Source: Raillietiella orientalis (taxonomy: Eukaryota). From it: a DNA stretch of 64,000 bases. Shown here piece after piece: positions 1 to 11,402 of the stretch; position 1 is the first letter of the stretch, and the number at the start of each line of letters is the position of its first letter. The stretch is taken from the NCBI GenBank assembly GCA_036172245.1, contig JAYWIR010000113.1, forward strand, positions 62,001-126,000, in the 5' to 3' direction. Position numbers and translations under genes: made by a program. Under the pieces are notes generated by a model. That model saw only the letters and a program-made list of their open reading frames with translations. It searched no databases and was not told where the DNA came from.

Positions 1-1535
1 CGTCCGGGAACAGCATAGGTCTGCTCGGGACTCACCACGGAAGCGGCCACCAGCCCCAAACGCTCAGCCCACAACTTGGCATACAACTTTGCGTCCGCAT
101 TCACTACTGTGATGGGACGCCAGTTGCCAATGTTGCGTAAGTCTCCTGACTTCGGCAGGAGACGTACTTTAGCTGACCGGAACGAGGCGGGAACTTCGCC
201 GTGTTCGCGAATCAGCGCACTTAACCTGAGCACCAGGGGGGCCAGCTCTGGCGCGAAGCGATGGTAAAACTCCGCGGGCAGGCCGTCCTCCCCTGGTGCC
301 TTCCTTCTCTTTAGCCTGTTGATGGCGGAGATGATCTCCGCCATCGTGAACGGTTCCGCCAATCTGGAACGGTCCTCCTCCTTGAGCGCGGGAGCGCCAT
401 CCGGCAGCAGGCGCTGCGCGAAATGGCGCTCAGGTGTCAGTGGCGCGTACAAGGAGGAATAAAACTCCCGCACGATGCGGCTTACCTGGGCTGGGCTGGA
501 GCGTTCTTGGCCCTGATGATCCAGCAGGCAGGCCGAGCCGGACTGCCAGGCCTGCCTCTCCGCCTCAGCCTTGAATTCAGCCAGGCGACGGACGTCGGGA
601 CGCCGGGAATAACGGCGCGCCTGGAGGTACGCCCGCTCGTTCCTGACACCCTCACCGAAGCCCGGCGGAAGACGTTCCAGCGGAAACTGGTCGCAAAACT
701 CACGGACTGAGCACTTCATTTCGTCCCAGTCCGCGAGCGTCTGAAGCTGGAATCCTCGCAGGAAACAGCGTAGATGTTCCGCCGCTCCTGCGAGGCGCAA
801 CCAATCCCCTGGCAGGCGCCATGTTTTCAGGGGAGGGCCCTTATTGCGCGGATGTAACTCGAGCACGAGCCGTGGATGGTCGGACAGCTCTGCCGGGAGC
901 GTTCCTCGAGTTCCCACCCGCGTGCACAGGTGGTTGTCGAGGAACATGTGGTCGATGTTCCGATCTCTCCCGGCATCGCCGGCCAACAAGTTGCGCGCAT
1001 GCATGGCTGCGCACAACTCGTTGAACAGCTGGGCTCGTCCGCTGGGCGCACCTGCCAGCAGGCGGAGATTGAAATCGCCCGCAATGAGGTGCGCCCTTCG
1101 CACGCCTGCTTCGGCCAACCAGTCTCGCCGCAAGGTTTCGAAGAACGCAGTGCGTTCCTCGGCCCTGTGGCTGCTCACCGGAGCGTACAGGGTCGTGACT
1201 ACGAGGTCGATCGAGTCGGACCACTTGAACACAAGCTGCCCAACTCGACCATCCCCGTCGAACCGTGCACTGCGCAGTGAGTTGTCGACGGTTGGCTTTA
1301 GCAGAAAGGCCACTCCGCAGGAGTTGTCCGTTCCGTTCCTCCACAGTAGCCGCCCTCCCGCGATTCTTTCGATTTCCTGGACATCTCCCGGTCGGAGAAC
1401 GTGCGTCTCTTGCAGGAGCACCAGGTCGAAGTCTCGCAGTATGGCGGCTACATCTCGCCTCTTTCCGCCGTCGCGCAACCCGTTGACATTCCAACAGGTG
1501 ATGCGCAAGCGGCGGCAGAAGGCGAGCCCACGCAC
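1..1535 (-). CDS. A1 ORF2, 5' part (APE endonuclease, linker, start of RT); appears open to the window edge; GTG at the start-equivalent position
   Basis: Colinear with A2 ORF2, with motifs WNVNG, LQETH, YAP, GDFN, IDH, SDH, KAPGEDG and WRPIT. Confidence 0.85.
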   Translation of the reverse strand, partial: MRGLAFCRRLRITCWNVNGLRDGGKRRDVAAILRDFDLVLLQETHVLRPGDVQEIERIAGGRLLWRNGTDNSCGVAFLLKPTVDNSLRSARFDGDGRVGQLVFKWSDSIDLVVTTLYAPVSSHRAEERTAFFETLRRDWLAEAGVRRAHLIAGDFNLRLLAGAPSGRAQLFNELCAAMHARNLLAGDAGRDRNIDHMFLDNHLCTRVGTRGTLPAELSDHPRLVLELHPRNKGPPLKTWRLPGDWLRLAGAAEHLRCFLRGFQLQTLADWDEMKCSVREFCDQFPLERLPPGFGEGVRNERAYLQARRYSRRPDVRRLAEFKAEAERQAWQSGSACLLDHQGQERSSPAQVSRIVREFYSSLYAPLTPERHFAQRLLPDGAPALKEEDRSRLAEPFTMAEIISAINRLKRRKAPGEDGLPAEFYHRFAPELAPLVLRLSALIREHGEVPASFRSAKVRLLPKSGDLRNIGNWRPITVVNADAKLYAKLWAERLGLVAASVVSPEQTYAVPG

Positions 1536-1543
1536 TGATGCGT

Positions 1544-3210
1544 TTATTGTGGGGTGGAGGCGGCCTCCTCCCTTGCGGGAGGCGGCTTGTTGGCGGCCGT
1601 GACGACGGTCGGCTGCTCACACGGCAGCACGTCGTCCACAGCGACTTCCATGGGGCTGGCTTCCGAGACACGGATCGGAGAGGGGTCGCGTGGCGCGACG
1701 CACATTGCCTCCTCCTCCGTGCCCGAGGACATGGCCTCCTCCACCTGCGGAGGGGCGACCCGTCTCGGGCAACCGGTCTTCTTGCCAGCCTTCCTCTTCG
1801 GCACGGCTGCGGAAGTAGAACACCCGGCTTCGGTTTCGGACTCGGAATTTTCCGGGCCCTTCACCGTTGCCGGTCGTCTCAAGGCCTTCTTCTCGGCCTT
1901 GGCAGGCTGCCGTAACATGGCTGCCAGCTCTTCCGCGGCCTGCGCGACGGTCGCGTCCGTTATGCGCGCCGCCTCCTCGCTTTCCGCACCGACGCTTTGC
2001 GCAGGCGCGACAGGGGCGGCTTCATCGATCGGCGCGCAGACGTCCTCCGCTGGCAATGCCGGAACGGCATTGTCGTCAGCTGATGGTGACGTCACTGCGG
2101 GCACGACCGGCTCAGGATCGACGGTATCGATCGCCTTTACCGTTACTTTCTTTACGGCTCTGGCGATCGAGACGCGTTCGATCTTCACCGTACACGCGCG
2201 GACGACCGGTTTCTGCTTTTTCGGCGCCGCCTTGTTTATCTTTTTTGCCTCCTTCTTCTGGGGCTTCTTCCTTTCTACCTTTTGCCAACCTTCCTCGTTC
2301 TCGGCGCTTTCTCCAGCTGGTTGTTCGCTGGTGGATGCCTGAGTAGCGGGTTGGTCGGCAGGGCGGGGTTTGCCAGTTGTTGGCTTCGGTCCTTTTCCTT
2401 CGGCGTCTCTTCCTTCCTCGCGCCTGACGGAACGGACCTTTTTCGGTTCGGGCACATCCGCCTGATGTGCCCCTTCTCCCCACAGCCCAAGCACACGATG
2501 TTGGGGCATTTCTTTTTTAAATGCCCCGACACCTGGCAAAAGCCGCAGTATACGGGTTTCCCCACATACCACAGGTCGATCTCCTCCTCCCCGACCTGCA
2601 GTCTGTGGGGTAGCCCACCCTCGGCACGTACCGTCACGCGCGCAGCGGCGTAATCACTAAATGCCCTGGTGTAACCCAGGACATTGGGTTTTGCCCACAA
2701 CGCGTGAACGGTCCCGAACTTCTCTAACGATTCTCGCACGGCGCTCTTTGCCATGCGCATCGTTATGCCGGTCAAATGCACCACGATGGAGTTGTCCGCC
2801 GTGAACGGGAAGATCCTTCTCCCGTTCACGGTCACCGGCAGGCGGAGCAGCTGCTGAGCCATCCCTGCAGACTTGCAGTTCATCTCAACCAGCTGCCCGC
2901 CACTCCTAACCGAAAGCCCGAGGACTTCGTCCTCCGGGACTTTCAACTTTTTAAACTCCGCGGCGAACGATCGTAACACCGCGGGGGAGTACAGGCCACC
3001 TACCTTGTAAAGTCGGGCCGGGTTGTAGCCGTCGGCCATATAGGCCCGCTGTTCCTCTGCGGGGGGCGGCGCAGGCGCCGCCACCACCGCGCTCCAAGCC
3101 CTCGCCGGGGCGGGGGACGATTCCGTGGGGGAGATGGCCCCCACATCCATGGGCTGGGGGGACGAGGCTCGCTCGCCCCCCTCCGCCGTCTTTGCGGCGT
3201 CCTCGGGCAT
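1544..3210 (-). pseudogene. A1 ORF1 (RRM-like region + 2 CCHC knuckles + disordered tail) with a 1-nt frameshift near 2370
   Basis: Track ORFs 2275-3732 and 1544-2572 together match A2 ORF1. Knuckles are CGFCQVSGHLKKKC and CLGCGEKGHIRRMC. A1 reads GGCAAACCCC where A2 reads GGCAGAACCCC. Confidence 0.9.
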
Positions 3211-3320
3211 CTCTGCCCAGGAACAACCGCTCACAGCTGAAAACACCGAAAACACTCGCGAGAAAAACGCGGAGCACCACAAAAGCACGTCCACCCTCTC
3301 AGGCGGCGGGTTGAACAGCT

Positions 3321-3535
3321 GGTCCGCGCCGCTTGGTGCGTGCACGTTCGTGACGATCAGATCGATCGAGTCGGACCACCTGAGAGGCAGCTGGCCGACA
3401 CGACCGTGATAGTCGAACCGCACACCCCGAGCCGAGGCCAGGTCTGGCCGAAGCTGATAGGCGACACCGCAACTTTTCGCTCTCCTACACCTGTACCATA
3501 GCCGCCCTCCAGAGATCCATTCGATCTCCTGCGCT
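3321..3535 (-). mobile_element. LINE C, continuation of its EN domain after interruption by B
   Basis: Reads AQEIEWISGGRLWYRC...WSDSIDLIVTNVHAPSG and directly continues LQEIHVISAEQAQEI at 9482-9520. Confidence 0.9.
3524..3535 (+). repeat. TSD of B, left copy ATCTCCTGCGCT (right copy ATCTCTTGCGCT at 9482-9493)
   Basis: 11/12 identity, and the host reading frame is continuous across the element. Confidence 0.85.
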
Positions 3536-3652
3536 CGTACAGTGCAGACGTGTTTCCGCGTCTTTCCGCGCCAACGATCGGGCAACTTTGTGCCTGCGTT
3601 TTTGCTCGCACTTGTGTGTTCCTGTGCAATCTGCCAAGTAGCATAGTGCAAC

Positions 3653-5556
3653 ATGGCCAGTACACAGGATAGTGTGGAAGAGCAAGCCACTGGATGCACT
3701 TCAGCTGCACTTGAAGTGGCCGCATCCTCCATAATGGTTTCCTCGCCCCCGGTGAGGAGTTACGCCGTCGTTACCTCCCAAAGACCAGGATCCTGCGATG
3801 CGGAGTTCCAGGCATATGTGTCATCAGGATACATGCCTGCACTCCGTTATAAGGTCAGTGGGCCACTTAACGGGAGAATCGGTCGTGAGCTCAATGTTGA
3901 GCTCGTCCGGATAGGCGTTCGCGAGGAGGAACTCCTTGCCATAATGCCTGCTGGCAGGATGGAATATACGAAGATTCGGTGCAAGAACGCAGCACTTGTG
4001 CAGCGCCTTCTCCGTACGCCGTTGACCATCAATGGCAAGGAAGTCCTACCTACCGCGATGGACGACTCTTTTGTCGTTCAATTGTGCGACATCGAACCGG
4101 AAATCTCCGACCGCGATGTCGTAAGTGTGCTGGCGAAGTTCGCCACCGTGCACGCTCTGTGAAGGAGGCCAAATCCTTTAAAGGATTTCCCCTCTGTCCA
4201 CATTGGACAAGCCTCCGCGAGGATCACCGTCGCGAACAGGCGTGTTGTGCCTGAGCAGCTGCAGGTGAACGGCACGGTCGTTCACCTGTGGTTCATAGGC
4301 CAGACTCGCGCGTGCGAGCAGTGCGGCAAGGATGGGCAACGAATTAAAGAGTGCCCCTCTCCAAGATGCCGCTATTGCAAAGATTCCGGGCACGAAATCA
4401 AGAAGTGCCCGGTACTTGCAAGAAAAAGAGCCGCAGCGGAAATTAGTCGGGTTCAAGAGACCACTGCACGAAAAGCCGCAGCGGCAAATAAAAAACGTCG
4501 TCCGCAAAAACTCGAAAAAAACCACGAGCGATCCGCGGATAAAAAGAAAGCATCCCCGCCCGCAACGCCCTGAAAGGGGAAAGTCACGGCGGGGAAGCCA
4601 ATTAAAAAGGGGCGCGAGGGTTTGACGCGTGCCGTGCCTTCCCTCTCTGCCGAACTCGCAGGCACCCTTCCGAGCCTGGAACCAGGAAATCTCCGTAACA
4701 CCCTAGAGGGAAAGGTAGGAAAACAGGAAGATCGCAACAGTGCGAAGACTTCTTGCCCCGTTCCGTTGTCCCTTCCGAGTTCCGGACAGCCCCACTGCAG
4801 CGCAGGCCCCACTGCAAAGGCTACGAAAGCCGTAAAAAGCAGCGTCGCAACGAGCAAAAGCACGCTGCATGCAGTCGCCCCATCGCCGACTCGGCAGGAG
4901 AGGAGCAATCTCCCGACTGTCAAGAAGGTGATTCCGTTGCCGCCTTTTAAAGGCGTAGCGAAAGCAACGCCCCCAGAGAACGCAGCGAAAATCCCGGAGG
5001 TTTCCGCAACTACTGTCGCGGAAGCTTCCGAAAATCGCGAAGGCGAATGGAAGGTTGTGGAGAGGAGGAAAGAAAAATCTCCAAAGAAAGCTCCGCAACC
5101 TCCATCCCTGAGCTCTTCCAAAGGAAAAGCAGTCGCGCGAATACGAAAACACGCGCGGCTTGTGACTCTTCCAAGGAAAAAGCCAACGCCTTCAACGCGT
5201 GCAAGTCCGCTTCTGTGACCGCCGAGAAGACCATTCCGGTGCAATCGGACGGATGCAAGCGCACGTCGATCGTGCGAGCATCAGACTTCGCAAAGGAGTC
5301 CGATAACGCAGCTGAACGACGCGTAACTCGCGCGGGAGCGAGCGCCCGCAGGGCTGAAGCCCTGAGGCGTGAGACACTCGCCGCGGAACGGCGAGTGCTC
5401 ACCCCGGAACCCACAGGTTCTGCACCCGGGGAGGAGCACCCGATTACGTGCAGCACAGTTGAGGCCGGTGGCGACCGCGCCCTCCAGCCCGTCGTGCTGC
5501 TTACTGCCCGCTCGCCGGGTGAGGCGAGCACCACGGCCTCGCTTTCCCAGCCGTGA
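3653..5556 (+). pseudogene. B ORF1, disrupted by stops and frameshifts
   Basis: Track ORFs 3653-4162, 4247-4573 (CEQCGKDGQRIKEC, CRYCKDSGHEIKKC), 4622-5218 and 5047-5556. Confidence 0.85.
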
Positions 5557-8500
5557 TGAGGGCAATCGCGTCTTCTCGTCGTGTTGCCGTAACGTCTTGA
5601 AACGTCAACGGGCACCAACACGAGGAGAAGAGGCGACTAGTGGCTGACGCTCTGCGCGCCTTCGACTTGACGCTCCTGCAGGAGATTCACAGCATCTCCG
5701 GAGAGCAGGCTGCCGAAATCAAACGGCGCGCGGGCGGAACGCTACTTTATGGGTGCGGCGTTGCACGTACGTGCGGCGTCGCTTTCCTCGTGAGAGGAAC
5801 TTTGGCGGAAGCGGTGCGCAGCGTTCGTTTCGACACGGAAGGCCGAGTGGGACAGCTTGTACTCAAGTGGTCCGACTCGATCGACCTTGTCGTAACCAAC
5901 GTGTACGCGCCGAGCGGTGCTGGACGATGGGCCGAAAGGATTGAGTTCTTCGGTACCCTTCAAGGCCAGTGGCTCACTCGATCTCACCCTACTGTGGCCC
6001 ATCTCATTGCGGGGGACTTTAACGTCCACCTGCTTTCTGAGAATAGATCCCACAAAAGGGAAAAGTTGCTAGCGGAAGAGATGTGCGCGTCCGTGCACGC
6101 GTGCAACTTGTTCGCTAGCGACCCTGTTATGGCAGCAACGCCGGACCACGTATACCTTGATGAACACTTGCTCTGTCGAGTGGGTCGGAGAGGTCCCGTG
6201 CCGTCCGTGCTGTCAGACCACAACAGGCTCGAGTTCGAGTTGCTCCCGCCAGGCAAGGGGCCTCCAAACTGTTTTTGGAGGATGCCGGCAGACTGGCTAA
6301 GCCACCCGGAGGCGGTTGAGCATCTTCGCCAGTACCTCCTCGGCTTTGCCATAAGTGAGCTCGAGGACTGGGACGATCTGAAAAGATCGGTCCGCGAGTT
6401 CTGCTGCCGGTTTCCCTTGCACCAGCTTCCGCGCGGCTTCGGAGAGGGCGTAGCCAACAGCAGAGATTTTCTGCAGGCCCGCTCCTTTCCAGGCGCGCGG
6501 ACGTTGGTCGATTATCCGAGTACAAGGCCAAGGCCGAGCGCCAGGTCTGGCAGTCAGGGGCGACAGTTCTGCTCGACGACCAGGACCGGGAATGCTGGGC
6601 TCCAGCCGACGTGCGACGGATAGTCAGGCGCTATTACTCTTCTCTGTATGCAGAGGCACCGACGGAACGCAGCCTCTCCCGGCTGCTTCTGCCGATTGAT
6701 GCACCTGTTGTAGACGAGGAGGAACGCGCGCGTCTTGATGAGCCCTTCACGGCAGAGGAAATTTCCTCGGCCATCTCGGGGCTCAAGAGACGAAAAGCGC
6801 CAGGCGAAGATGGGCTCCCCGCGGACTTCCTTCAGTGTTTTGCGGCGGAGCTCATCCCTCTGGTGCTCCAGCTCTCGTCGCTGATGCGAGACTCGCGCGA
6901 TGTCCCCGCCTCGTTTCGCTCAGCGAAGGTGCGTCTACTGCCGAAAGGCGGAGATTTGCGCCAACTGAACAACTGGCGTCCGATCACATTAGTGAATTCG
7001 GACGTCAAGTTGTTCTCGAAACTTTGGGTGGCGCGGATGGGTTGGATCGCGGAATCCTTGGTAAGTCCGGAGCAGACGTACGCTGTTCCTGGGCGGTCCA
7101 TGGACGCGAATCTCTTGTTCATCCGCACATGGCTGCAATTGCAGCATCGGGTGGCGGTGGATCGTCGTGCGGAAGCGACGCCTTCGATCTCTCACCGACG
7201 GAGGCGCGGGACGCAAAGGGAGACACCGGGAGCCTTGGCGGTTGCAGTCGATCTGCACAAAGCTTTCGATTGCGTGAACCAAAAGCTTCTTCTTGAGCTT
7301 TTGGAACGTCTGGGTCTTCCGGCATTCCTGTTGGCGTACTTGCGCTCCTGCTGGCGCCACGCGATTACATCCATTGTTTTCAGTGGCTGTCGCGTGTACG
7401 GCGTGCCGGTACGACGAGGAATTAGGCAGGGTGACAGCTTAAGCCCGCTGCTCTTCAGCATCTATTTTGCATTGGTGCTGGAGGCTTACAGGCTGACGCT
7501 AGCCAACCTGCCGAGCTCCTGTCCAGGTACGCCCGCCGTGGCAGCCTATGCCGACGACCTGCTTCTCCTGTTGCCCATGTCCACCCCGACAGCGTCGCTT
7601 GAAGATTTCTTTGAGTTGATCCGTCGTGGTGCGGGCGTGAGCGTTAACAGGAGTAAGTGTATGGTTGTTCCGGTTGGTGCGACGTGGGAGGGGCAGTCCG
7701 ACTTGATCGACCTGGGGATCCCCACGGGCAGGTACCTCAGGTACCTTGGCGTGCCGTTGGGCGACTTCTGCGTCTCAGAAGCGTGGTCGGACTGCCTTCG
7801 GAAGGCAGAGCGTGCACTTAGCCCGTTTTCAGGAGGCGAGTTCGTCTTGCCGGAACGGGCTCGCATCTGGAACACCTTCGTTGCCCCCCTCCTCCGCCCC
7901 CTGTTTTTTGTTTGTCCACCCCCCCAGGAAGTCAAAGTCTGGGCGCAGCGCCTTCTACGCAAAGCGTTGTGGGGCGCTGCAAGATCCCGTGTTAGACTTA
8001 AAGACTTGGTGGCGCCGCGTCAGGATGCAGGCTTGGGCATCCTCGACTTAAACAGCATCGAACTGCAGGTGCAGTTTCGCATGCTGCGGCTCTGTGCCAA
8101 GCTGTGGTGTACGCCGTGGTGCTTACCCGCACGCCTCATACTGAGGCGCTGCACGGGAAGCGAGGGACTGCTTTCGTTGCTACCCCACTTTCGGCACACC
8201 AGAATAGGGTTTGGCTTCCCGCTGAGGCAGCTGTCCTCACTGCTGGAAGCCCAAAGCTGGATCTTCTGCCGCCCCATGAACATTAATGCATGGCGGCAGG
8301 AATCTTTTTCATCGTGGGCAGCTTCCGAAGGAACGCGCCCGGAAGATCTTCGACGCCTGCGACTTCTCCTCAGTCATCAAATGGACCAAGTCATGCAGGA
8401 CAAGAAGTTGTCGGATCGTGTGGCCGCCACACCACTCGCCGTAGCGCTGTCTGCCCTCAGGGCAAGCAACGACGGTTGCCTACCGGCGGAATGGGAGTTC

Positions 8501-9127
8501 TCCTGCAAAATAGCGGGAGTCAGTAAGCTCCTCGGCAGCTGGACGACAAAGGAGCGGGTGCAAGCCGCCACACCTCGGAATCGGGCGAAGGGACTGCTTC
8601 GGTGGAGCGAACATTTAAGTGTGCCCCCCGGAGAGATAGTGGTTCCCCCCGTTTGTTTGGACAGCTCCGTGTTCCCCCTTAAGTGGAAACAAGATGTGCT
8701 CCTCTTTTTACATTGTGCATTTCACTGTAATAGGCAGCGAAGCATCGTTTCCGGGGGAGCTGCTTTGCCAAACTGTTTAAGGTGCGGAGAGATCGAGTCT
8801 TTTCCGCACCTTTTGTTGGACTGCGGTGACCTTCAGGAACTGTGGCGAAGGCTCACTTCGGCCATCATGCCAAAAGGAGGCACTGCCATTGATGTGCTGC
8901 GGCGCTTCTTCAGCAGAAATGGACTTTCGGTTGGCGCGATTGTCGCAACCATGTGTTGCGTTCGCGCCATCGTGAAGGCCCGCTACGCCCTTGAGTTGTC
9001 ATCGCAGCGAAGGGAGGCTCACCTGCTTGCAGCTCAATTCATGGAGAAGGCTTCAAGGTGGTCTCATCTTCGTGACAAGGTGAATGAGGACATCACCGGC
9101 ATACATCGCCGGTTTACACACCCTTGA
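5556..9127 (+). pseudogene. B ORF2 (EN-RT-zinc finger), with an early stop and frameshifts
   Basis: LQEIH/YAP/GDFN/SDH lie in 5640-6623. DLHKAFD, GIRQGDSLSP, YADD, YLG and CLRCGEIESFPHLLLDC lie in 6611-9127. Confidence 0.93.
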
Positions 9128-9451
9128 GAACGGCGTAATCCGGTGACCCCTGCGACCTCTCGCCCACCCATACCCCGTCCCCGTTCGCTCGGTAAAATTT
9201 CCGGTGCCCATGCTTTTATCCCCGTGTCTTCCAGAGCGATCCCAAAGACCCTTATCCCGTCCTCCTTATTCATTGTTTTTATTTTATTTTGGTTTCTTTG
9301 TGTTTCCCGCCCCCCACACCGTTCACAAAACTGTTACTCTGGCCTGCGTGCCAGCAATATTCTCTTCATTCTTGTTCAGTCGTCGGTTGGGAGTTTGGTT
9401 CCCAACTGGTTTATTTTGTATAATTGCTTTTTTTTTGGTTATGTTATATGG

Positions 9452-9481
9452 AATAAACGCCCCGGCGTGACCGGGTGAGAA
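9452..9481 (+). terminator. 3'-terminal AATAAA + CCCGG-CGTGA-CCGGG hairpin (representative copy)
   Basis: Recurs, intact or decayed, at all 11 element 3' ends. Confidence 0.8.
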
Positions 9482-11402
9482 ATCTCTTGCGCTTGTTCTG
9501 CAGAGATCACGTGGATCTCCTGCAGCAGCGCAAGGTCTTAGGACTCCAGAAGGGCGGCCATGTCTCGTCTCCTGCCGGCGTCTGTCATGCCGTTCACGTT
9601 CCAAACGGCGATGCGCAGACGACGGCGGGAGGAGATTCCCGGCATTACTGCTGGGAAGATTGAGGTGTGGGGGAGCCCTCCTCTTGCGAGGCGGGCGGGA
9701 TGTCCATGGGAGTTTCGGCCTTCTCAGGCACCTGAGGCACCTGTTTGGCCTCCACCCCCTCCATCCCCTCCGTGTCCGCGGGTGGGAGTCTCTCGGGCGA
9801 CGGGTCCCGAGAGTTTCCCACGCTCATGGCACCCTCGCTTGCGGAAGCCATCTCTTCCCCTTCGACGGGGGAGACGAGCTTCCTTGGCTTTGTGGACTTA
9901 CGTCCAGCCTTCTTGCGCGGTGCCGTGGAAACGGAGGCTGTGCTTCCGGCCTCCACCTCAGGGTCGGAAGTGGGGAACTCCTGAGGGGAGGCCGGGCGCC
10001 TTACGGCCTTCTTGCCAGCCTTGGAGGGTTCTGGCTGCAACGAGGCTGCCAGCTCCTCCGCGGCTCGCGCGAAGGCTACGTCATCGATGGTGGTGTCGAT
10101 GACGGACGCCGCCGCCGGCTCGCTCCCCTCGCTGTTGACAGAGTCAACAGAGGGGTTGTCGTCGGTAGCGGCGAGTTCTTTTTCGCAGCGGTCGGGAATA
10201 CGCTCGACGACAACGCTGCATTCTTTAATTTGCTCGCTTGCCTGCTGTTTTTTCTGGGGGTACGCGAGCTTTTTCTCCATCCTCTTCTCCTTCTTTGATT
10301 CTTTGGCCGTAGCCACCTGCCACCCAGGCAACCGGCTAGTTCCCTCGACTTGTACGGCGTTGTTCGCTGAGGTCTCGGGTGCGGCCTGAGTCTTGGGCGC
10401 GGGTGACACAGCCTTCGCAGCAGCTTTCGCCGCCAGCCTTTTCTGCAGAAGCCGGGCGCGTTTTTTAAGGTTTCTCTTGGAAACCACCCGCACTGCTGCT
10501 TTTGGACACACCTCCCTCGTGTGACCCATTGTGCCTCATACTTGGCAGTGAACATTGGGACACCTCTTATTGATGTGGCCCGACGTATTGCAGAAGCCAC
10601 AGTATTTCGGCTTCCCCACATACCAGAGGTCGACGGTTTCGCCTTCGACCACCAGTTTGTGGGGAAGGGTGCAGCCCTCCCAAACGGTCACGCGCGCAGC
10701 AGTGACGCCGTGTTGCAGCCCCGTGTAATCCACGAAAGGATTAACTTTCGTCCACTGCGCGTGCACCGTTCAGTATTCCCCAAACGCGGCGCGAACCTGT
10801 TCCTTGCGCATCCGCGCGGTAACACCTAACAGGTAGACCACCATGCTGCGGTCCGCCGTAATAGGGAGTAGCCTGCGCGTCCTTATCACCACGGGGGTTT
10901 TAAGCAGTCGTTGGGCCAGCTCTGCCTGTTTGCAGATGACCTCAACGTACTGACCCCCGCTGCGGATGTTCATAGCGCTGAGCTATTCTTCTTTCACATC
11001 GAGAGCGCGCATGCCCTTCGAAAAGGCGCGCGCGCTCTCCAAGGAATGAAGGTTGCTTACCTTGTAGAACAATGAGGGGTTGTATCCCTCCTCTACATAG
11101 TGCGACAATTGCGCCGCGGCTGAAGGGGATGGCGCCGACACAACGGCGCACCACGCCCGTGCTGCAGCGGGGACCGATTCTGTGGGGGAGGATGCCCCCA
11201 CCTCCATCGCCTCTGGGGGCGACGTTGCCCCCACCCCCTAACTCTTTATCGCCTCTGGAGGCGGCGTAGCCGCTTCCCCCTGGCCATCCCTGGTTGTCTC
11301 GTCAGGCATCGCTGCCTGAGCGACCACCGAACCACACGACTTTTGCACTGGGGGAGACTTCCTGGCACGAGGATCACCGAGGAAACACGTCCACACTAGA
11401 GC
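9482..11402 (-). mobile_element. LINE C, 5' part (5' UTR, degenerate ORF1 11309-9645, start of EN)
   Basis: GGACGTG at 11392-11386, knuckle CGFCNTSGHINKRC, TAATG junction at 9647-9643, then WNVNG. Confidence 0.92.

Larger units (their letters stand above)
1..3302 (-). mobile_element. LINE A1 (L1/Tx1-like), 5' part of a full-length copy that runs off the left edge; near-identical to A2
   Basis: The reverse complement is colinear with 20400-23700. The 5' end CTGAGAGGGTGGACGTG is shared with A2. It carries a zinc-knuckle ORF1 followed by EN and RT motifs. Confidence 0.95.
3536..9481 (+). mobile_element. LINE B, full length (~5.95 kb), inserted antisense into the EN of C
   Basis: Has the 5' motif AGACGTG, ORF1 3653-5556, ORF2 5556-9127 and a 3' AATAAA + hairpin. 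It is flanked by a 12-bp TSD. Confidence 0.95.

Noticed and set aside
3211..3732. N-terminal extension of the 485-aa ORF as an EN-ORF1 fusion protein
   Set aside because: It is an accidental in-frame run through antisense B 5' UTR, a C EN fragment and the A1 5' UTR. The real start is the ATG at 3210.
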